A DNA stretch of 64,000 bases from Promethearchaeota archaeon (GCA_019058245.1 JAHPZJ010000014.1:1-64000); one strand, 5' to 3'; positions 18,735-28,054 are shown, numbered from the stretch's first letter. The notes: generated from the letters alone by a model not told the origin. Numbers and translations are program-made.

Positions 18735-20207
18735 ATGGGAGCATTTCAATGGTTAATGAAAAAAATTACAAAAGTTTTTGGTCGTTCTACAAACGCCTTG
18801 TTTTATACTTTACTTTATAGGGAAACTCTTAAAGAGATTAATGAAATTACTAAGAATGAAGAAGAAAGCCTAATAATCCTTAGAGAAATAGGAAAAAGAG
18901 CCGCCTATGAATCTTGTGAACGTCACTCAAGTATTTTCAAATTTATGCCTGGCTCTCCTAAGAAAGTTCTAGAATATTTTGAGATTCTTTGGGTTGTTGT
19001 ATTTGGAAAAGAATTAGAAGATTATTCTTATGAAGAAATACAGAAAGTAGGATCAAAATATAATGATTATCTCTTAAAAATCAATCAATGTCCAATCTGT
19101 GCAGATTATGGTCAAGATAAGGAAGATACATTTACATTTAAAAGATTATTAGCTAAGGATACTGAGGGATTAGCTTGTGGTCTTTGTGGAATGCTTGAAA
19201 CAGTAGCAAATTTTATATTAAAGATAAAAAGAAATAATTATAGAATCCAAATAGTGGAACAAGCATGTATAGCTAAAGAAGGGGATTGTTTGAAGTTAAT
19301 CTGTAAAATCTATGATTTAAAAGAATGGAATGAACTAATAAGTTCAAAAGTTCAAGAAAATAAGATATTAAGTAAATACTTTGGAGATATTAGTGAAGAA
19401 GAAGAAATCGTTCAAGAAACAAAACTAGATATTATTGATAAACTACAAGATATTATATCAATTGACAAATTAGACGAATATCTGGATGAGCCTTTAGAAG
19501 GTATAAAAGAGAGAGTCTCTAATGTTATTAGAGATAAATTAAATATGGAACCTAAAAATTTCTTTGATTATTTTCGTAATTACGAGGACGATATGATTCG
19601 TATTATGGGGTACCTCGGAATTCATATCTTAAATGAATATGGAGGATTACTGAAAAAAATACTTAAGAATGAATGGTTTGCAAAAGTTTTTGGTTATATC
19701 TTTAAGCAATTTAAAGAAATGATATTATTATTTATTCCTTTGGATGTTATTCGCGATTATAATACATTACTCGTAAATTTCTTAGAAGGTTTAGCACCTC
19801 CAGAAATGGTTGAAAACGTGAAAACCTTTACTGGTAAAGATACAATCACTTACTTTTTTGATGGTGCTCAAATGGCTCTTGAAAATTTAGGAATTGATTT
19901 TTCTGAACTAAAAGATAATGTATGGGAAGAATTAAAAGCAGAACGTAAGGATGGATTAATTTCTTCAGAAACCTCTAATTTAGAGAGATCTCGTGAAAAA
20001 ATACCTCAAATCATTAATATCATTCAAGAATTATTAATGGTTTTAAATGATATTCTAACTTTACCCATAAGAGTCTTAATCTCAGAAAGTCATTATGGAT
20101 TAAAAACAGCAATTAATTCAGTAGTATCAGAAGAAGAAGGTTTATATGGTTCAATACGGGGGAGACTTGATAATATTTTTGACCAAATCCAAGAAATAAG
20201 AAAGTAA
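18735..20207 (+). CDS. Bet3/V4R-domain protein with a long helical C-terminal extension
   Basis: ALFYTLLY...NEEESLIILREIG, ILWVVVFGK, CPIC, CGLCGML and EQACIA align by eye to Bet3/TRAPPC3; about 280-aa helical tail. Confidence 0.7.
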   Translation: MGAFQWLMKKITKVFGRSTNALFYTLLYRETLKEINEITKNEEESLIILREIGKRAAYESCERHSSIFKFMPGSPKKVLEYFEILWVVVFGKELEDYSYEEIQKVGSKYNDYLLKINQCPICADYGQDKEDTFTFKRLLAKDTEGLACGLCGMLETVANFILKIKRNNYRIQIVEQACIAKEGDCLKLICKIYDLKEWNELISSKVQENKILSKYFGDISEEEEIVQETKLDIIDKLQDIISIDKLDEYLDEPLEGIKERVSNVIRDKLNMEPKNFFDYFRNYEDDMIRIMGYLGIHILNEYGGLLKKILKNEWFAKVFGYIFKQFKEMILLFIPLDVIRDYNTLLVNFLEGLAPPEMVENVKTFTGKDTITYFFDGAQMALENLGIDFSELKDNVWEELKAERKDGLISSETSNLERSREKIPQIINIIQELLMVLNDILTLPIRVLISESHYGLKTAINSVVSEEEGLYGSIRGRLDNIFDQIQEIRK

Positions 20208-20236
20208 AAACAAAATTTTTAACATCTTTTTTCTAA

Positions 20237-21685
20237 TTATTCGGTTAAATTGTCATTTATCTCTAATAATTTATTCTTCTTGTAGATTTCATAGAACCAT
20301 TTTACTATATTTTGAAAGAAAAAACGTTCACGTAGCACATCATAATGTGATTTACCTTTTAAACTTGTTAATTTTGCAATATCTTCGGATTTTATTTTAT
20401 CTTTTATTACTAAATCCATACGGGTTTTGAATTGATCTCTTAGCTCAATCCTCCTTAGGATAATTGAAATTGCATTTGAAATCTTATTTATTAATTTTTG
20501 AAGGTTAATTCTATTATCTTCTTCAAATTCTTTAAATTGTTCTAAAAATGTTCTAATTTTTTTTATAATTAAATCTTTTTTAGAATAACTAATTAATTCT
20601 TTCTGATTAAGAATATCTGATAGAAATTCTATAATCTCGTGTTTAACATTTTTATCAATACTAAAATTGTCTAATTCTCTCGCTAATTTTATTAAAAATT
20701 TCCTCTTTAAATATTGCTTGAATTTAATAATAAATGCTTTTGTTTCTTTTTGATCTGAACATATTTCAAGCACTTCTCCTTTAGGAGTTGAATATGTAAA
20801 ACCTAATCCTTGTGGTCCTAATCCTCCAAGAAGAACCATTGACAAATTATAAAAATTATAATTTTTTTTATCTATAATTTTATCAATATTTTTCATTATA
20901 TTTTTAGGAGAAACAAGATGTTTTTTGATCTCAAGATGCTCACGTTCTTCTTCAATACCATAATAAAACATTCTATACCTATAACTTATATTAAATTCAA
21001 TGAGTTTTTCGCTCTCACTGGTTTTCAGATATTCTTTTTTTCTAAATTGATTATCATAATGAGGGAAATTCTTTTTAAATTCCTTGATAAAATCATCAAT
21101 TGAGCTTAAATATCTAACACTTAGACCATAAATTGAATATTGATTAAAAAAAAAATTTGTGATGAAATTCATTAGATCATCTTGATCAGGAAAAAAGGAA
21201 ATTGAACTATTTATAAGGTAATTGTAAAGATCTAGGGGCATTACAGAATAAATATAAAAAATAAATGAATTTGATACACTACCAAATAAATCCTTTAAAT
21301 TTGTTCTAAATAAAATATCTTTTTTAAGATTTTTAAGAACTTTTTTCTCTGAATCACTTAGATCTCTCTCTAATAGACCATATTTATTACAAAATCGCAA
21401 AATGTCAATTATTTCTCCTAATGCTGAAGTTTGATATCCCGTAGATACTTTATCAGTACAATTTAAAAGTAATTTTGAAATAATACTAAATCTATCATGA
21501 ATTTTATTAATATCAAAAAAAAGATTGAATTCAACTGAAGCATTGAATAGTAACTCATAAACCTTAAATTGCCCGTTCCTAAGACATTTCGTAATTATAT
21601 CATAATATGTTTTCTCAAGTTCCTTTTCATCTTTTATCTTCACTAATTTTGTTTTATACTCAATAAAAAGTTGATTTGATATCAT
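20237..21685 (-). CDS. hypothetical protein
   Basis: 482-aa ORF; Gly-rich motif LLGGLGPQGLGFTYSTPKGEVLEICSD; no family recognised. Confidence 0.7.
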   Translation of the reverse strand: MISNQLFIEYKTKLVKIKDEKELEKTYYDIITKCLRNGQFKVYELLFNASVEFNLFFDINKIHDRFSIISKLLLNCTDKVSTGYQTSALGEIIDILRFCNKYGLLERDLSDSEKKVLKNLKKDILFRTNLKDLFGSVSNSFIFYIYSVMPLDLYNYLINSSISFFPDQDDLMNFITNFFFNQYSIYGLSVRYLSSIDDFIKEFKKNFPHYDNQFRKKEYLKTSESEKLIEFNISYRYRMFYYGIEEEREHLEIKKHLVSPKNIMKNIDKIIDKKNYNFYNLSMVLLGGLGPQGLGFTYSTPKGEVLEICSDQKETKAFIIKFKQYLKRKFLIKLARELDNFSIDKNVKHEIIEFLSDILNQKELISYSKKDLIIKKIRTFLEQFKEFEEDNRINLQKLINKISNAISIILRRIELRDQFKTRMDLVIKDKIKSEDIAKLTSLKGKSHYDVLRERFFFQNIVKWFYEIYKKNKLLEINDNLTE

Positions 21686-21755
21686 TTTATAACTATCAAG
21701 TCAAAAGTAATTTGAAAAAATAAAATTTTGTATAAACAAATTTAGTTAAATTACA

Positions 21756-22127
21756 TTAATCTAATAATTCCGCGATTTTCCTCGAAACACTTTGGATATT
21801 TAAGAAAACCATCCCTAATGAAGCATCACTTTTTGCAAGAGTACATAATATAGCATTTTCTCCTGCTTTTGATAAAATAATTATCCCATCAACACCTTCT
21901 ATTAGAATTCTTTTTAGATCCCCTCGGGCAAGTTCTTCTACAGCACGTTCTGAAACACTTAATATAGCGGCACTCATAGCACTTACGATCCCATCATTTA
22001 CATCTCTAGCTAAAACTGAACAGATAGGTAAACCTTGTACACTAACAATAGCACTTCCTTGAATATCTGAGTTTACTGCTTCCATTCTTCTTAAAAGGTC
22101 AATGAGTTCACTGATATTTTCGCTCAA
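21756..22127 (-). CDS. roadblock/LAMTOR2 (MglB-like) protein
   Basis: IQGSAIVSVQGLPICS, VSAMSAAILSVSERAVEEL.RGDLKRILIEG, ASLGMVFL. Confidence 0.92.
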   Translation of the reverse strand: MSENISELIDLLRRMEAVNSDIQGSAIVSVQGLPICSVLARDVNDGIVSAMSAAILSVSERAVEELARGDLKRILIEGVDGIIILSKAGENAILCTLAKSDASLGMVFLNIQSVSRKIAELLD

Positions 22128-22292
22128 AAATTTATCAACTTGAATAAATAGTAGGTTATTGATCTAATTAGATAATAATATAATAATATTATTTATATTT
22201 TTAATTTTAATCTAATTTTAATATAAACTTTATTAATAAAGTTAATACTTATTTAAAAAATATTTTTATCTATATCCACATTAGTAATTATA

Positions 22293-23270
22293 ATGACTGA
22301 AAATGAAAATTTAAAAAACGAGATTAAAGAAGAAAAAAGTAAGGAAGAGTTGGATAAAGAAAAAGGAGAAAAACTTGAAAAAGAATCACTTCAAAAAGCT
22401 GGGAACATTGCGAAAGCAGTAAAAAAGTATATTAAGCCAAAAATTAAAGGAGGAGCAAAAGTTTTCGATTTAATAACTGATACTGAAGCGAAAATTGAGG
22501 AATTAGGGGGATCATGTGCTTTTCCTGCAAATATCTGTATAAATAATATCGCAGCACATTATACATCTCCCATTAAAGATGATGGGTTAGAAATACAAGA
22601 AGGAGATTTAGTTAAAATTGATCTAGGTGTCCATATAGAAGGATATATCGTAGATACCGCTTTTTCTATAAATTTAAGTGAAGAAGAATCACTTGAAAAT
22701 ATAATACAAGCAATTGAAATAGCGCTTGATGCCGCAAAAATGTTATCCAAACCCAAAACTAATACTCGAGACATTGGTAAAAAAATTGAAGAAATTGTTA
22801 AAGGTTTTAAATACAACCCAATCAGAGAACTTGGTGGTCATCAAATTGAAAGATGGACTGTTCATGGTAAAAAACAATTGCCTGAATTAGGATCTCAAGG
22901 AGGTGATATAATGGAGATTAATGAGGTTTTTGCTATTGAAATATTTGCCAGTACTGGTAAAGGTTCAGTTCATAACACCCAATATTCATATATTTATGAA
23001 ATTAATCCTTACGCTGGTAGAGTACCACTGCGTAGAAAAACATCTAAACAACTTCTTGGCTTTATTAATAAAAATTACAAGACTCTACCCTTTGCCGAGA
23101 GATGGTTAGCAAAAGAATTTAGATTAGGAGTAGCTTTTGGACTTCAAGAACTAATACAACAAGGGAAACTACAGGTACATAATGTATTAGCTGAAAAAAA
23201 GGGAGTTAATGTTGCCCAAATCGAGGAGACCATTCTCATAACTGAAGAAGGATTTGAACAACTCACTTGA
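22293..23270 (+). CDS. map: methionine aminopeptidase type II
   Basis: AFPANICINNIAAHYT, KIDLGVHIEGYIVDTAF, LGGHQI, FAIEIFASTGKG, TLPFAERWL. Confidence 0.95.
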   Translation: MTENENLKNEIKEEKSKEELDKEKGEKLEKESLQKAGNIAKAVKKYIKPKIKGGAKVFDLITDTEAKIEELGGSCAFPANICINNIAAHYTSPIKDDGLEIQEGDLVKIDLGVHIEGYIVDTAFSINLSEEESLENIIQAIEIALDAAKMLSKPKTNTRDIGKKIEEIVKGFKYNPIRELGGHQIERWTVHGKKQLPELGSQGGDIMEINEVFAIEIFASTGKGSVHNTQYSYIYEINPYAGRVPLRRKTSKQLLGFINKNYKTLPFAERWLAKEFRLGVAFGLQELIQQGKLQVHNVLAEKKGVNVAQIEETILITEEGFEQLT

Positions 23271-23497
23271 AATAACTATAAATATTATTTAATGGGATTG
23301 TTATAGAAAAACCCATATTTAATGAAAATACTTAAAGTTTTCTTTATAAATATAAGTGAACTCGATTGTAAAAAAAAAGAATCAATTTATCACAAATTAA
23401 TATTCAATAAATAAAATATAAACAAATTAAACTTTAACATTAGAATTGAAAGTTAAAGTTATTTACTCAATTCAAATTAAATTTGAATAATTATTTC

Positions 23498-24616
23498 TTA
23501 TGTATTTTTTAATTTATTTTTTACAAATTCAAAACAAACATCATTTGGATTCTCAAATTGACTAATTTTTTCTTTAAATGAGCTTATTTTAAATCTTTTT
23601 GGAGTAGGTCCTTGATTAAGAAGTTCAATAGTTCTTTCAACAATTTTATTTGAATCTTGTAAGTGTTCTAAAGGAAATCCCTTCTTTATCAAAAATTTCT
23701 CTTGTGGTGCTGATTCTCCAGGATAAAATTCTATACTGGGTACGTCTAATAAACTTGATTCTCTCACAATCGTACCACCACCACTAATAACTAATGCCCC
23801 ATAAAAACATAAATCAACTAGATTAGGTAAATATCGTGTAATAATTATATTTTCCTCTTTACTAAGATTCTTTAATTCTTTCATAAGAAATTGTTCTTGC
23901 TTATCTGAGCGAACTAAAATCAAATATTTATAGTTTGGAAACTCTCTAAAAATTGGAGGTAAAAACTTACTTATCTGAGTTTCTTCTGGTTTAATTTTTC
24001 CTATTAAATAAGAGGCGTGAGAGGGTTCAGTCCTCATGATTAAAAATTTTCCTTTCTCTAAATTAAGTTTATTAAGGATATTAGGATTGGGAAAATATTC
24101 TGAAAGCCAAGCAATTTCATCTAAACCATTATATCTAATAATCTTTTCGGGATCAGCATGAAGCTGTATAAAAAATTCCTTAGGCACGCATTCAGGAGTA
24201 ATGATATTATCTATGAATGGATGAATTAATTTACATACTGCTTTATTCCTTGGTTCATCATTCATCCCTATAGATGGTATCTTCAATCCATAGGCAATCC
24301 TTGTACCTTCCACAGAGAGAAATGTAACAAAAAAATCTGGTGAAAATTCATTAATTATAGGAAAGAGTTGATTTAAACGATCTATATATGCCCTTAATTT
24401 ATCTTCTAATTTTTCACCACCATGCTGACCAATTTTCCTACAACTTATTTCAGAATTGTCTAAAATTTGATAAGTAGAATCGTAATCTCGAGCAGTAATT
24501 AATAGTTCTATATCCTTATTTTCAAACTTTTTTATTAATGAATTAAACATAATAGCAGTTTTAGGTTGTTCAATATCAATCCAAATTCTTTTTCCAGAAA
24601 GACTCATAGTAAGCAC
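23498..24616 (-). CDS. DUF354-family GT-B-fold protein
   Basis: IWIDIEQP, ITARDY, IGQHGG, YNGLDEIAWL, ISGGGTIVRESSLLDVPSI. Confidence 0.8.
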   Translation of the reverse strand: MLTMSLSGKRIWIDIEQPKTAIMFNSLIKKFENKDIELLITARDYDSTYQILDNSEISCRKIGQHGGEKLEDKLRAYIDRLNQLFPIINEFSPDFFVTFLSVEGTRIAYGLKIPSIGMNDEPRNKAVCKLIHPFIDNIITPECVPKEFFIQLHADPEKIIRYNGLDEIAWLSEYFPNPNILNKLNLEKGKFLIMRTEPSHASYLIGKIKPEETQISKFLPPIFREFPNYKYLILVRSDKQEQFLMKELKNLSKEENIIITRYLPNLVDLCFYGALVISGGGTIVRESSLLDVPSIEFYPGESAPQEKFLIKKGFPLEHLQDSNKIVERTIELLNQGPTPKRFKISSFKEKISQFENPNDVCFEFVKNKLKNT

Positions 24617-24732
24617 TTAAATGAGTATTATGTTTTAATTTTTTTTATAAATATAACTATCATTTATAGAAAATTTGACAATTTATTGGAATTTTAATTA
24701 ATTGAATAGTAGATTTCATGGAGTAAGAAAAA

Positions 24733-25026
24733 TTATTTCTGACAAATACAAGGATTTGATTTACACTTAATACATTTACCGGGATATTTTTTTAACAAAG
24801 CAGATTCGAGATTAATTTCTAATAAATTTGCCAGGGAACTTGTCCAAGCAATAATATCCGCTAATTCTTCTGAGGCATTTTGTCTGTTTAAAACCTTATT
24901 TCTCAATACTCGTGCAAATTCTCCAATCTCCTCGATTAACCAAATAAAAGTGACCTCAATGCCTCTATTTAGATCTCGCTTGAAATAAAGATCTTTAATT
25001 AAATTTTGAAATTCTGAGACTTTCAT
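24733..25026 (-). CDS. MazG-like nucleotide pyrophosphohydrolase
   Basis: WLIEEIGEFA, EELADIIAW, KKYPGKCIKC. Confidence 0.88.
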   Translation of the reverse strand: MKVSEFQNLIKDLYFKRDLNRGIEVTFIWLIEEIGEFARVLRNKVLNRQNASEELADIIAWTSSLANLLEINLESALLKKYPGKCIKCKSNPCICQK

Positions 25027-25081
25027 GTGAACTCCATTTTAAATTGTGTGATTTTTTTTTATTGATAAAACATTACCAATC

Positions 25082-25303
25082 TTATCCACCGCTAGGGGTG
25101 AATAACCATGAAAAAACTCCAGCCCAAGCTAATAGTACGATTAGGATTAAAGCAATAGATAAAATCACTGTAGTTATAGGGCCTACTTTAATCCCAACTG
25201 AGCTATCCTGGAAGAATCTCATTAATCCTGCTCCCGCCATAGGCATTGGAGCACTACCACTTCGTCTCTTTTTACGTCTTGATTGAGTCGTACGAGAAGA
25301 CAT
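25082..25303 (-). CDS. secG: preprotein translocase subunit Sec61beta
   Basis: Basic N-terminus, AGLMRFFQD...IKVGP followed by one TM helix. Confidence 0.92.
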   Translation of the reverse strand: MSSRTTQSRRKKRRSGSAPMPMAGAGLMRFFQDSSVGIKVGPITTVILSIALILIVLLAWAGVFSWLFTPSGG

Positions 25304-25457
25304 AACTAAAATTAGTACTGAAATATATAATAATTATATTTTAAGATAATTACTAAAAGCATTTAAAATTTTATTTTGGAATGTAGTACAAAATATAGAA
25401 AATTTTTTTATCTTGTTTTAATTATTTTTTGATAATTTTAAGAAGAAGTTATATAAT

Positions 25458-27299
25458 ATGTTGAAAAAAGTAAGAATAGTATTAATTCTTGTATTTTTTT
25501 TAGTATTTTTAGTTAATGTTTTATTTCTTCCGCATCTATTTAATTTCAATTATAATGTAAAAAATAATGAGATAGATCAACCAAAATATTCCGCGACTTT
25601 AGAAGGAGCAGAGAATATCGTAGTCACCAATCTTCTTAGAAACGTCACCCTAAGTGGTTATGGTTTCACCTCATTTGAAGACTCTTTATCATTTACAAAT
25701 TATAATAATAATCCTATCACCTCAATTTTTGTTGGAATCCCATTATCTCATTCGGATGATCTAATTTTTTATAAAACTACAGGAGATAATGGAAATACTT
25801 TACTTACTGAACGTTCCTATATGATAGTAAAAGATTATGAAATGATTGCAATATATTTTGACACCCCCTTATTACCTCAACAAACAAAAACCATCAAATT
25901 TTTTCATCAATATAAAAATCTTATTTCATATACTCAAATAGATAAACAATATCTTATTTATAAGGGGCTTGCTTTTCCAATCTTGCCATACAGAGCAGAA
26001 GGAGATATAGAAGCTGATTATTACGTACCAGAAGGATCTGAAGATATAGATGGTGGTTGGGGTTTTGAAGTGCCCAGTCCTGAACATTATGTGTCTTATC
26101 AAGTAGGTTATCTTGAAGAACCAATTGAAGATTTGATATTAACACCATATATGGAAAATTTAAATAACTCAAAGCTGATTACCATCACATTTTCTCACCA
26201 GGAATATTCAAATATACAAATCAAAGAACTTAACAGAGAGATTTATCTTTCACCATGGGGGATAATGAGAATTACCGATGATATTACAGTTGAAAATTTT
26301 GGTACTATCTCTTTTGGACATGTTTTGCTTGATATACCGTCTAATGCTAAGAATATAATTGTGTCAGATGACTTAGGAAAATTACTATTTAGTTCAAAAA
26401 ACAAAAACGGAATGAAGGAGCTAACTATCGCTTTCTCATTAACTCGTGTCGTTTTGATCCCTAGTTCTACTTATAACTTTAAAGTCGAATATGACTTACC
26501 CTTTGAGGATTATTATTCTGTAAATTGGGACAAAGGATCAATTCAACTTGATATTTTATTAACAAAATTTGAATATCTTGGAAGAGATCAAACAACTACA
26601 ATTATTATCGATGGATGCAATACAATTAATCATATAACTGAACCTCCAAAAGCCATAAAAGAATCACGGGGTACTATTATATTAACATATGAATCGGATT
26701 ATATTGCACCTTTTGAAAGTAAATTAATTCAATTTACCTTTATAATTGATTTCTTCAACTTACTTCTAAGACCAATAGTTTTTATACTTTTAATATCTTT
26801 TATTGCATCAATTTATGTTTTAATTGTTAAATCAAGAAAGGAAAGCAGTGATATATTTGTTTTAAAAAAGGAGTTAATCCCAGTTAATGAAATACGGGAA
26901 TTTTGCTCTTTATATGAAGAGAAAAATGCATTATTCTTAGAAATCAGACAAGCAAAAGAAAATGAAAGAAGAAAGAAAATTTCTAAAAATAATTATAGAA
27001 AAATTTTAGATAAGAACACATCAAAAATAGATGAAATACAAAGAGAATTAAATCCCTTTAAGAAAGTATTAGAAACAAACATCAACTTTGAAAATATTAT
27101 AAAAAAATTAGATCTTCTTGAAGCAGAGCAAACCAGTGTTAAAGATAGCTTAAATCTTTTAGAGTCCCGATATAAAAGAGGAAGGTTACCTTCTAAAGCT
27201 GCTTATCTTAAATTATCTGAAGATTTCAAAAAAAGAAGTAAAAAGATTGACAGAAATATTGATAAATTAATTCAACAATTAAGAAGTTACCTACTTTAG
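25458..27299 (+). CDS. ribophorin I (RPN1/OST1)-like oligosaccharyltransferase subunit
   Basis: N-terminal signal/anchor; two beta-rich luminal repeats (RNVTLSGYG..FEDSLSFTN and REIYLSPWGIMRITDDITVEN, compare RPN1 R.IEVSHWG); TM helix; about 150-aa helical cytoplasmic tail. Confidence 0.8.
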   Translation: MLKKVRIVLILVFFLVFLVNVLFLPHLFNFNYNVKNNEIDQPKYSATLEGAENIVVTNLLRNVTLSGYGFTSFEDSLSFTNYNNNPITSIFVGIPLSHSDDLIFYKTTGDNGNTLLTERSYMIVKDYEMIAIYFDTPLLPQQTKTIKFFHQYKNLISYTQIDKQYLIYKGLAFPILPYRAEGDIEADYYVPEGSEDIDGGWGFEVPSPEHYVSYQVGYLEEPIEDLILTPYMENLNNSKLITITFSHQEYSNIQIKELNREIYLSPWGIMRITDDITVENFGTISFGHVLLDIPSNAKNIIVSDDLGKLLFSSKNKNGMKELTIAFSLTRVVLIPSSTYNFKVEYDLPFEDYYSVNWDKGSIQLDILLTKFEYLGRDQTTTIIIDGCNTINHITEPPKAIKESRGTIILTYESDYIAPFESKLIQFTFIIDFFNLLLRPIVFILLISFIASIYVLIVKSRKESSDIFVLKKELIPVNEIREFCSLYEEKNALFLEIRQAKENERRKKISKNNYRKILDKNTSKIDEIQRELNPFKKVLETNINFENIIKKLDLLEAEQTSVKDSLNLLESRYKRGRLPSKAAYLKLSEDFKKRSKKIDRNIDKLIQQLRSYLL

Positions 27300-27323
27300 A
27301 ATATCGATCTTGTGGAAAAAATC

Positions 27324-27947
27324 ATGAAACCATGGTTATTTGATATATTAGCATGTCCCATTGATAAATCTTTTCCATTAAAATTATATATTTTTTCTTT
27401 TGAAACGAAATCTGAAGAATTTGATGTATTTCTCGATATCTACTTAAAGAGAGATTTATCCTATATAAATGAAGAAAAAGTAATTGAAGTTTCTAAAAAA
27501 AAAGATGTCATGTATATAAAAGATAATATAACTATTGAGTATTATCCGATAAAATCTTATCTTGAATTGATTATTTCAAGCATTAATGAATTAGACAATA
27601 TCTTTGACAAAACTAAAAATACAAATAGTAAAAAATGTTTAAATTTAATAAAGACAGAGATTAAACAAAAAGTTATAGAATTTTTAAATAAGAATGAATT
27701 TAGCAACCTTAATGATATTTTACCTGAATTATACTTTCTAAATAAAATAAAAGTAGAAACTGAAATTGAATCAGGTTTATTATTTTGCGATAAATGTAGT
27801 CGTTGGTATCCAATAATAGATACTATACCACAAATGCTTCCAGATAAATATAGAGATAAACAAAAAGAAATTGAATTCCTTAAAATCAATAAAAATTTAT
27901 TAGATGAAGAATTCTTTTTTCAAAATTTAAAACCATATAATTTATAA
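27324..27947 (+). CDS. trm112: Trm112-family methyltransferase activator with a large internal insertion
   Basis: MKPWLFDILACPIDK..PLKL and EIESGLLFCDKCSRWYPIIDTIPQMLPD. Confidence 0.85.
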   Translation: MKPWLFDILACPIDKSFPLKLYIFSFETKSEEFDVFLDIYLKRDLSYINEEKVIEVSKKKDVMYIKDNITIEYYPIKSYLELIISSINELDNIFDKTKNTNSKKCLNLIKTEIKQKVIEFLNKNEFSNLNDILPELYFLNKIKVETEIESGLLFCDKCSRWYPIIDTIPQMLPDKYRDKQKEIEFLKINKNLLDEEFFFQNLKPYNL

Positions 27948-27952
27948 AAAAA

Positions 27953-28054
27953 AGCCCGGTGGTGTAGTGGCCAAGCATTTGGGGCCTTGAACCCCGCGAC
28001 CACGGTTCGAATATTAACAAGTATGCTTGTTAATTGAAATTCCGTGCCGGGCTA
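27953..28054 (+). tRNA. tRNA-Gln(UUG) with a 29-nt intron at position 59/60 (28012..28040); no encoded CCA
   Basis: Acceptor AGCCCGG/CCGGGCT (A1-U72, archaeal Gln identity); D-stem GTGT/GCAT; anticodon stem TGGGG/CCCCG with loop CCTTGAA (TTG at 27987-89); T-stem CACGG/CCGTG; the BHB splice restores TTCGAAT. Confidence 0.92.

Noticed and set aside
27980-27996. Reading the tRNA as Ser(UGA) by shifting the loop to CU-UGA-AC
   Set aside because: That register breaks the anticodon stem, there is no long variable arm, and A1-U72 fits Gln.
28013-28034. Similarity of the intron hairpin (TTAACAA...TTGTTAA) to the palindrome at 57089
   Set aside because: Only a 7-bp AT-rich arm is shared and the spacers differ; probably coincidence.
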